Notes under the pieces: model-generated
Seen by the model: the letters and a program-made list of their open reading frames with translations, nothing else
The model's database searches: none
Told to the model about the DNA's origin: nothing
Source of the DNA: Chthoniobacter flavus
GTDB taxonomy: Bacteria; Verrucomicrobiota; Verrucomicrobiia; Chthoniobacterales; JACTMZ01
Reading direction: 5' to 3'
Assembly: GCA_945878135.1 (NCBI GenBank)
Contig: CAMDUL010000004.1
Coordinates: 48,044-112,043 of the forward strand
Length of the DNA stretch: 64,000 bases
Translations under genes and position numbers: made by a program
Shown here: in pieces, positions 25,617 through 31,718 of the stretch
Numbering within the stretch: position 1 is the stretch's first letter
How the letters are laid out: each line of letters opens with the position of its first letter

Positions 25617-25956
25617 TCAAGTTAATGGTTCGATTTTGTGGAACTCTTTGCTGTCCCACATTTGCAGAAGTTGCCTCCCTCGCCCCGCTCGTGTCGCCCT
25701 ACGGGCTGCCTTCGGCAGGGTTGATGCTCGTCCTGCGAGCGAGCACCCCTGCGGGGCACAGACTTGCGCTGTGTCTATCTCCAACTGCACGGCAGTTTCC
25801 GGTTCCCCGCGCGGCCATCCGCGCCGGTGGTCAGCACTTGCTGCTGATCGAAACGACTGCGCGCCATTCGTTGTATCGCACGTGGAAATGGGGCGGGTTG
25901 TGCTCGTCGAAATACATGCTAATGACGACACCGAGGAATCGACTTATTTCGGGCAT
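25617..25956 (-). pseudogene. disrupted DUF4160 gene
   Basis: MPEISRFLGVVISMYFDEHNPPHFHVRYNEWRAVVSISSKC then an in-frame TGA. The family-typical C-terminus ...LLQMWDSKEFHKIEPLT-stop is in another frame, after a second GEPETAVQLEIDTAQV segment. Confidence 0.65.
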
Positions 25957-26002
25957 GTCATTAGGTAACCGGGACGCTTTGGCAATTGAAAGATGCAATC
26001 TA

Positions 26003-26056
26003 TCATTGCGTGAGGGACTTTTGGTAATTCCCGCGGGAGAAGTATTTTTCAGCCGG
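26003..26056 (-). pseudogene. remnant of a GT2 3' terminus
   Basis: EKYFSRGNYQKSLTQ-stop. It shares the upstream sequence CTCGTCACCGCRGCTGAGCCG with the remnant at 23846-23920. Confidence 0.7.
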
Positions 26057-26286
26057 ACAAGCGGCTCAGCCGCGGTGACGAGTGGCGCGTGAGGGGGGCG
26101 GCCCGATGAAGTATGCTTCGCACTTCACGGGCCAAGTGAAGAGGGAAAGTGAAAAGTGGAGGGTGGAGAGCTGAACCGGAACGAAGTGGAGATAGCAGAT
26201 GGCCCCAAGGCAAATGGGTCGCTCCTGCGACCAAATTTTGAAAAACTGAAAAGCTGAAATACGGCGAACTGCGCGCTTGGCGCGGT
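26057..26286 (+). repeat. H-box mosaic block M4
   Basis: GCGGTGACGAGTGGCG, H-box 26106-26128, GTGAAGAGGGAAAGTGAAAAGTGGAGGGTGGAGAG, CTGAACCGGAACGAAGTGGAGATAG (26171-26195), CTGAAAAGCTGAAA. Confidence 0.9.
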
Positions 26287-26288
26287 TC
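26266..26288 (-). terminator. putative intrinsic terminator downstream of hicA
   Basis: Minus-strand RNA GAACCGCGC-CAA-GCGCGCAGUUC (9-bp stem, one mismatch) followed by GCCGUAUUUCAGCUUUUCAGUUUUUCAAAAUUU. Confidence 0.4.
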
Positions 26289-26493
26289 AAATGTCGTCCT
26301 CGACCAAACCGGCTATTTTCATCTGGGAGCGCAGCAAGCCGATCTTCAGTGGTTGGTTGCCGTGGATGGGGATGACGATGCGCTCTGGTCGGCCGGTTAG
26401 CGTGAAGACGTGATGGCTGCCTTTGATGCGGACAAGAATCCAACCCTTCTTCTGCAAGGCCCGGGCCAGCTCTTTACCGGAAACTTGTTTCAA
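26287..26493 (-). CDS. hicA: HicA-family mRNA interferase toxin
   Basis: MKQVSGKELARALQKKGWILVRIKGSHHVFTLTGRPERIVIPIHGNQPLKIGLLRSQMKIAGL. Confidence 0.9.
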   Translation of the reverse strand: MKQVSGKELARALQKKGWILVRIKGSHHVFTLTGRPERIVIPIHGNQPLKIGLLRSQMKIAGLVEDDI

Positions 26494-26693
26494 AGAGCGA
26501 GTTCCAGCACGCGGCTTTCCTTTTCGGCGACCGCCGAAGCCTCACCGGCTTCGAACCAAAGCTCGACGGCCTCCAGAAGATTGGTGCGGATCTCCTCCTC
26601 ACTTTCCCCCTGCGTGACGCAGCCGGGAAGTGCCGGGACTTCAGCCCAAAAACCACCTTCTTCTGCCTCGTGAACTATGGCTTTGATCGTCAT
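26490..26693 (-). CDS. hicB: HicB-like antitoxin (UPF0150 fold, no DNA-binding extension)
   Basis: TIKAIVHEAEEGGFWAEVPALPGCVTQGESEEEIRTNLLEAVELW. 4-nt overlap with hicA. Confidence 0.85.
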   Translation of the reverse strand: MTIKAIVHEAEEGGFWAEVPALPGCVTQGESEEEIRTNLLEAVELWFEAGEASAVAEKESRVLELAL

Positions 26694-26887
26694 GACTGCA
26701 GCATATCGGCGGTGGGTTGAGGAGGCAAGCGGAGCGGCGCGCTACGCGCGCAGTAGCGGATGGCTGGGCCTGGTGAAGTAGGTTACGCACTTCACGGGGT
26801 GAAGGAGAGTGAAAGTGAGAGGGGGGAGTTACGGAAAGGCTGAAAGACTGAAACGCTGAACGGAGTGAAGATGGGTCGCGAATTCGC
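26694..26887 (+). repeat. H-box mosaic block M5
   Basis: H-box 26773-26795, GTGAAGGAGAGTGAAAGTGAGAGG, GGCTGAAAGACTGAAACGCTGAACGGAGTGAAG. Confidence 0.9.
26700..26728 (-). promoter_or_regulatory. putative sigma70-like promoter of hicBA
   Basis: Minus strand reads TTGCCT - 17 nt - TATGCT, with the -10 hexamer ending 6 nt before the ATG (a leaderless-type layout). Confidence 0.3.
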
Positions 26888-27304
26888 TCACGCCTTTCGC
26901 TTCATGGTGGGTTCGATGACGGTCAGGTTGGTGAAGTAGTCGCGGTAGTATCCCCTGTCTCTGGCCAACAGGCGGCTGGCCTGACAAGACGCGTGTGCTC
27001 CGATGAGAAAATCCGGAAGGACGCGCTTCGATGCACGATTTCGGCGGAGGTAGTCGCGATACATTTCACCGGCCAAGATGGAAGATTCCCGCGAGGACGG
27101 CACAAAGAGGATGTTCCAATCGGCCAAGAAGGAACTTAGATTGTCCTTGGTCAGCGCGGGGGTGATCTCGGCCAGCACGCATTCCCCGATGACCAGCGGT
27201 CCGTTGCCGAGCGCCCGTTTCAAGGCTTCTTCCGAGGCTTGACCCCACTGTGGGTCGTCAGTCAACACGTCAAGAATGACACTGGAATCCAAGGCGGTCT
27301 TCAT
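26888..27304 (-). CDS. vapC: PIN-domain toxin VapC
   Basis: MKTALDSSVILDVLTDDPQWG...GECVLAEI...DFLIGAHASCQASRLLARDRG. ATG at 27304 overlaps the antitoxin stop. Confidence 0.85.
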   Translation of the reverse strand: MKTALDSSVILDVLTDDPQWGQASEEALKRALGNGPLVIGECVLAEITPALTKDNLSSFLADWNILFVPSSRESSILAGEMYRDYLRRNRASKRVLPDFLIGAHASCQASRLLARDRGYYRDYFTNLTVIEPTMKRKA

Positions 27305-27525
27305 CCTCCGCGCACGAGGCCCAAATATTCGTCGACCGAGCGACCAACCGGAAGAATCCCTTTTCCGCGCCAAGCCGAAATCGGATTTTCCTGGAGTATT
27401 TTTGTCACAATGATGCGGCCCTCGTCCTCGGCAAACGCGAGAACGGAACCGGCCTCGAGCCCCAGGTCATCGCGAATGGGTTTGGGGATGGTCACTTGGC
27501 CCTTTTCCGAGACAATAGCATTCAT
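27301..27525 (-). CDS. vapB: AbrB/MazE/SpoVT-family antitoxin (VapB)
   Basis: MNAIVSEKGQVTIPKPIRDDLGLEAGSVLAFAEDEGRIIV. Confidence 0.85.
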   Translation of the reverse strand: MNAIVSEKGQVTIPKPIRDDLGLEAGSVLAFAEDEGRIIVTKILQENPISAWRGKGILPVGRSVDEYLGLVRGG

Positions 27526-27531
27526 ACTTTT

Positions 27532-27559
27532 ACGGTAGGCATTCTTACAACTGTGTCAA
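27532..27559 (-). promoter_or_regulatory. putative sigma70-like promoter of vapBC
   Basis: Minus strand reads TTGACA - 16 nt - TACCGT, with the -10 hexamer ending 6 nt before the ATG. Confidence 0.3.
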
Positions 27560-27896
27560 TCAAGAGGGCGCGGCGGACGCAGACAGCCCGCGGGGGACGA
27601 GCGATGAGTGATGAGTGAAGAGTGAAAAGTGGAGGGTGGAGAGCTGAACCGGAACGAAGTGGAGATAGGTCGCTTTAGCGATCAACTGATACCGGAACGA
27701 AGTGGAGATAGCCCGAAGGCAAAAGCTGAAAGGCTGAAAGGCTGAGAGGGGACGAGTGGCGTGTGACGAGTGACGAGTAGCCCAGTGAAGTATGCTTCGC
27801 ACTTCACGGGGTGAAGGGAAAGTGAAAGGGGAGGCGCGCTTCACAGGCTAAAGAACCCTCCAGCGCTTCGCGCTTACGGGTTGGAGAGAGTGAATC
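27560..27896 (+). repeat. H-box mosaic block M6
   Basis: GATGAGTGATGAGTGAAGAGTGAAAAGTGGAGGGTGGAGAG, CTGAACCGGAACGAAGTGGAGATAG twice (27644-27668, 27692-27711), GCTGAAAGGCTGAAAGGCTGAG, GACGAGTGGCGTGTGACGAGTGACGAG, H-box 27785-27807, half copy 27831-27850. Confidence 0.9.
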
Positions 27897-28286
27897 TCAG
27901 CCGAGGGACTTGACGTGGGGGTAGTCGAGGATGAGGCGGTCGGTTGTGATGATGGTGAGATTTTCCAGGCGCGCCGTGGCGATGATGATGCGATCGGCGG
28001 GATCACGATGGACGGGCTCGGGCAGGGAGTAAGCTTCTTCGATGATCTCGAGGGAGATCGGGACGATGTTCCATCCGTTCCGTTCCGTTTGGGTGCGGAA
28101 CCATTTCTTCCAATGTTGCGGAAGACGGATCTTTTGCCGCTCCTGCAAGCAGGCCAGTTCGGCCGCGACGATCGGGCTGCAGTGGACGATCTGCTCGGGC
28201 GAAGCGACCAACTCGAGGGCCGCGGTGCTGAGTCGCTCCGGTGCGGCGGCAAGATAGAGCAACGCGCAGGTATCGAGCAGGATCAT
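27897..28286 (-). CDS. vapC: PIN-domain toxin VapC
   Basis: MILLDTCALLYLAAAPERLS...DPADRIIIATARLENLTIITTDRLI. Confidence 0.85.
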   Translation of the reverse strand: MILLDTCALLYLAAAPERLSTAALELVASPEQIVHCSPIVAAELACLQERQKIRLPQHWKKWFRTQTERNGWNIVPISLEIIEEAYSLPEPVHRDPADRIIIATARLENLTIITTDRLILDYPHVKSLG

Positions 28287-28534
28287 CGGGCGCCTTCAGG
28301 CCCGGCCAAGATTCCCCAGTCCTCCGGTGGAATGGCGGGTCCTTCCAAGTCGGCGTGGATTTGGACGGTTGGATCGAATCCCGTGGTCGAGCGGTTGGGG
28401 CGTGAGGCGAGGGGTGTGATTTTCGCCACCGGCTTGTTGCGTGAGCAGACCAAGATGGAATCGCCAGACTGCACTTTGCCGAGGAACTCGCTCAGGCTGT
28501 TTTTCAGGACAGCGACGTTCACTGTGTGAGTCAT
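28283..28534 (-). CDS. Phd/YefM-type antitoxin
   Basis: MTHTVNVAVLKNSLSEFLGKVQSGDSILVCSRNKPVAKITP. 4-nt overlap with vapC. Confidence 0.75.
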   Translation of the reverse strand: MTHTVNVAVLKNSLSEFLGKVQSGDSILVCSRNKPVAKITPLASRPNRSTTGFDPTVQIHADLEGPAIPPEDWGILAGPEGAR

Positions 28535-28800
28535 GGCTTGAAATGTGGCTATAAAGTTGGCCAGGTCAAGCGTGAAGAGCGGCCTGGTGATCTATACTTT
28601 GCACTTCATGGGCTGAAGGGGACGAGTGGCGAGTGAAATGTGAAATGTGAAAAGTGGAGGGAGGGAAAAAAGAGAAGAAAAGCTGAAAGACTGAAAGGCT
28701 GAAAGACGGACGGGGTGCGTGTGGCGAGCGGCTCGTTGAAGTATGCTTCGCACTTCACAGGCTGAAGGGGGTCCGCTTCGGGGTTTCAGTTTCCTTTGTG
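28535..28800 (+). repeat. H-box mosaic block M7
   Basis: H-boxes at 28587-28609 (degenerate) and 28736-28758. Also GTGAAATGTGAAATGTGAAAAGTGGAGGG and GCTGAAAGACTGAAAGGCTGAAAG. Confidence 0.85.
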
Positions 28801-29005
28801 CTCTCCGTGCCTCCGTGAGAGCCAGTCGGTTTGCTGCGGGACACTGCGGAGCAGGCTGCCGCCTTTGGTCGGCGGGTTGGCGAACCAAGGCGGAGGCTCC
28901 GGTTGGAGCCAGTGATTCAGTTTTCGGTGGTTCAGTGTTCAGTAGCCCTGAGGCACTTGAAACGAACGGCAGAAGAAAGGTGTTTCACGGGAATGGAAAA
29001 ATTGC

Positions 29006-29617
29006 TCAGCCGCCACCGAGGATTTTTCTGGCGAGGGGTAAAATGGTGCGGGCACTGCGGTGCCATTTGGCCACGCGGTCGAGGCGGAAGCGCATGGAAG
29101 AGAGGGCGGAAGGCTGGGACCTCAAAGATGAGTTGAGGGATGAGGGATGAGAGTTGAGGGAGGCGCGCAGGGCTTTGATGCGGGATTCGGTGGATTCGAG
29201 GCGGGGGATGACGCGTTCTTTGAGGAAACCGGAGATGAGGAGCTTCATTTCGAGCTTGGCGGTGTAAAGCGCCTGACGAGAGCCGTCGGTGCGCTCTTTG
29301 ACCACCGCGCCGAAGGCCTCGAGTTGCCGCAAGCCCTGGCTGGCCGATCCCTGGCTGATGCCGAGGCGCCGGGCGATGTCCTCCATGCTCAAAGGAGTCT
29401 CGTGGGCGAAGAGAAGTCCGTAAATTTGTCCGTAAGACTTGGGGTTGCCGAACAATTCGGCGAGATCCGTGAAGATGTCGACCAGGCCGGATTCGTAATC
29501 GGCCGGGAGCAGGGAGCCGGGAGCGGGGAGCGAGCCCTGCGGCCCGGAGATCCTGCGGGTCGGAGAGAGGCGGGCGACGCGTGACGGGTCACGGGCCAAC
29601 TTGGGGGCCGGGGGCAT
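29006..29617 (-). CDS. GbsR/MarR-family transcriptional regulator
   Basis: FGNPKSYGQIYGLLFAHETPLSMEDIARRLGISQGSASQGLRQLEAFGAVVKE. ATG at 29617. The N-terminal about 40 codons overlap a repeat also found at 33165-33214. Confidence 0.75.
   Translation of the reverse strand: MPPAPKLARDPSRVARLSPTRRISGPQGSLPAPGSLLPADYESGLVDIFTDLAELFGNPKSYGQIYGLLFAHETPLSMEDIARRLGISQGSASQGLRQLEAFGAVVKERTDGSRQALYTAKLEMKLLISGFLKERVIPRLESTESRIKALRASLNSHPSSLNSSLRSQPSALSSMRFRLDRVAKWHRSARTILPLARKILGGG
29520..29569. repeat. 50-nt repeat (copy a) inside the 5' part of the GbsR-family ORF
   Basis: GAGCGGGGAGCGAGCCCTGCGGCCCGGAGATCCTGCGGGTCGGAGAGAGG. 41/50 identical to 33165-33214 by hand count. Confidence 0.75.
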
Positions 29618-29888
29618 GGGGAAAGTGAAGAGCGAAGAGTGAGGAGTGAGGAGTGGAGAGTGAAGATCCACGATAGAGGGGTGGGAGGGAATGTCAATTC
29701 AAAATGAAATTGGTAGCGGAGGCCCCGGTGAAGTATGCTGCGCACTTCACGGGGAGAAGAACGGGGGTTACTGAAACGCTGAAAGGCTGAAGGGCTGAAA
29801 CGCTGAATGGCCGAGGGACCAGTGGCACGGTGAAGTTGGCTTCGGCCTCGGGAAGGGGGCCCTTAAAGGGGGAGCGGGGCGGCGTTGG
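29618..29888 (+). repeat. H-box mosaic block M8
   Basis: GTGAAGAGCGAAGAGTGAGGAGTGAGGAGTGGAGAGTGAAG, H-box 29728-29750, CTGAAACGCTGAAAGGCTGAAGGGCTGAAACGCTGAA, degenerate H-box 29830-29852. An AT-rich TTGACA-16-TATCGT (minus strand, about 29676-29703) is a possible GbsR promoter. Confidence 0.85.
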
Positions 29889-31475
29889 TCAGGGGGTGGT
29901 GCCTGGCAGGGGGTCGCCTTCGCGGGTGAAGATGGTGAAGGCTTGCAACTGCAGGGCGGGGACGAAGCGGTTTTCGGCGGCGTAGCGGGCAACGGAACCT
30001 TGCGGGTCGTAGATGTCGGGTTTGCTGATGACGATGAGCCGCGGGGGAAATTTGAAGCGGATGGAATCCCACGACGGGGCCTGCATGGCCCAGGCGCGGC
30101 CGGGGACTTTCTCGAGGGCCACGGGGGTGAGGTAGATGTAGGCGGCGGCTGGATCGGCCGCCCACCAGACTTCGCGGTTTTCCCGCAAGGCGGCGGCGGC
30201 GATGGCGGAGGCCTCGCGGTAGTTGTCTTTGGCATGCGCCGGTTGCCAGCGGAAGTTCAAGCTCGAGCCGAGCCAGAGCAAGGGGAGCAGCGCGGCGACG
30301 GCGCGCCAGAACTTGGATTTGCCTTCGAGTGCGCGCTGCATCACGGCGGCGATGGCGAGGAGCAGGGCGGGCAGTGCCGGGATCAAATGGCGCGGCAGGA
30401 GGCGGTGGTCGAAGAGGAAGAGGGCGCCGAAAACGGCCAACAGCGGCAGCCCGAGCGCCAAGATCCAGGCGACCACTGCTTCCCGCCGCCACGGGCGCGT
30501 GGCGATCTGGCGTCCGCCGTAATAGGCGAGCAGGCCGAAGGTGAGGGCCAAGGGCAAAAGGACCGGAAGGCTGCGCAGGATGGAGCGGACCGGTTCGCCG
30601 CGCATCTCGACTTTCCCCGGACCGAAACCGGTGAAGCCGAGCAATTCGTAAGCGACGAAGGGAAGGCTGAGCAAGGAGGCCCCGGCGCGATGGTAGCCGC
30701 GGCCCGCGTCACCCCAGGTTATGACATAGTAGGCGGCAAAAACCGCGAGGAGGGCCACGGCGGGAAGGATGACGCGCCATGGCGTGCTTCGCGGAGTGCC
30801 CGTCTCCGGGCGTCCGCGCAGCAGAAAAAGAAGGGCCAGCACATAAGCTCCGGCCCAGGCCACGCCGAGGAGACTCGAGGCGAAGAGCACGACGGTCGCG
30901 GCGGCGAGGGCGGCGAGGAGAGGCGACGAGTGACGGGTGACGAGGAGTCGAGAGTCGGGGGCCGAGGGTTGAGAGGTCGGGGCGGACGAGAAGCGGGCGA
31001 CGGCGGCCGCGAGCCAACAGGCGGCGGCGTATTGCATGACATAGGGCCTTGTTTCGTCGAGATACATCCAGAGGATCGGGCTGACCGCGGCGAGGAGGCA
31101 GGCGAGGAGGGCGAGGCGGGGTTTGTGGCGCAGGAGAACGAGGAAAGCGAGTTGGCCGAGGACGAACCATGGGATGTTGGAGGCGCGCATGGCCCATTCG
31201 CCGCCGCCGAAGACTTTGTGCCAGACGTAGAGATAGCCCTGGTAGACCGGCATCTGCAGGGTGGAACCGCTGACCGCCTGCATGTATTTCCAGGCCTCGG
31301 CCGGGGTCGAGGACATGGCGACGATGAGCGAGAGGGCTTCATCGATCCAGTAGCTCTGCGTGCTGATGGCGAAACCGGCGACGATGGCCGAGGTGGCCAG
31401 GACGGCGAGGATGACGGCGCGGGAGAGGGTGAGGTCGCCGGCGGGGTGCTCCGCCGGGGCATGCGGGTCGTCCAT
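29889..31475 (-). CDS. glycosyltransferase family 39/83-like (ArnT/PMT-type) membrane protein
   Basis: SYWIDEALSLIVAMSS...MPVYQGYLYVWHKVFGGGEWAMRASNIPWFVLGQLAFLVLL. Many TM helices. ATG at 31475. Confidence 0.6.
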   Translation of the reverse strand: MDDPHAPAEHPAGDLTLSRAVILAVLATSAIVAGFAISTQSYWIDEALSLIVAMSSTPAEAWKYMQAVSGSTLQMPVYQGYLYVWHKVFGGGEWAMRASNIPWFVLGQLAFLVLLRHKPRLALLACLLAAVSPILWMYLDETRPYVMQYAAACWLAAAVARFSSAPTSQPSAPDSRLLVTRHSSPLLAALAAATVVLFASSLLGVAWAGAYVLALLFLLRGRPETGTPRSTPWRVILPAVALLAVFAAYYVITWGDAGRGYHRAGASLLSLPFVAYELLGFTGFGPGKVEMRGEPVRSILRSLPVLLPLALTFGLLAYYGGRQIATRPWRREAVVAWILALGLPLLAVFGALFLFDHRLLPRHLIPALPALLLAIAAVMQRALEGKSKFWRAVAALLPLLWLGSSLNFRWQPAHAKDNYREASAIAAAALRENREVWWAADPAAAYIYLTPVALEKVPGRAWAMQAPSWDSIRFKFPPRLIVISKPDIYDPQGSVARYAAENRFVPALQLQAFTIFTREGDPLPGTTP

Positions 31476-31591
31476 GAGGTGCAGTGTGACGCGGCGCGCG
31501 TCCGGAGGAAAGGATGAAAGGGGGCGGTGAAACCGCGTGTGGAGCTTGGAGCAGGGGGCTTGGAGTCGGAGAGGGAAAGGAAAGGGGTGGC

Positions 31592-31713
31592 CTGAAGGAC
31601 TCGGGATTACAAATTTGAAATTGGAGATTTTAGAGGGAGGCAAGAAGAAGACGTGCCGCGGGCTTGAAGGACTTAGGATTACAAATTTGAAATTGGAGAT
31701 TTCAGCAAGAGGC
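31592..31713. repeat. two about 50-nt direct repeats, 72-nt period, with an AT-rich core
   Basis: 31592-31641 and 31664-31713 share TGAAGGACTNNGGATTACAAATTTGAAATTGGAGATTT. They lie between the Zn-ribbon bactofilin stop and the GT39-like start. Confidence 0.85.
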
Positions 31714-31718
31714 TCCGG

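Noticed and set aside
28366-28392. tRNA-like T-arm string GGATCGAATCCC.
   Set aside because: It lies inside the Phd-type antitoxin ORF. No acceptor stem, D-arm or anticodon arm can be built around it.
23806-29888. H-box repeats as a CRISPR array.
   Set aside because: Spacing between copies is irregular (about 90 nt to more than 1 kb). Protein-coding genes lie between copies. Flanking words vary, and no cas genes or leader are present.
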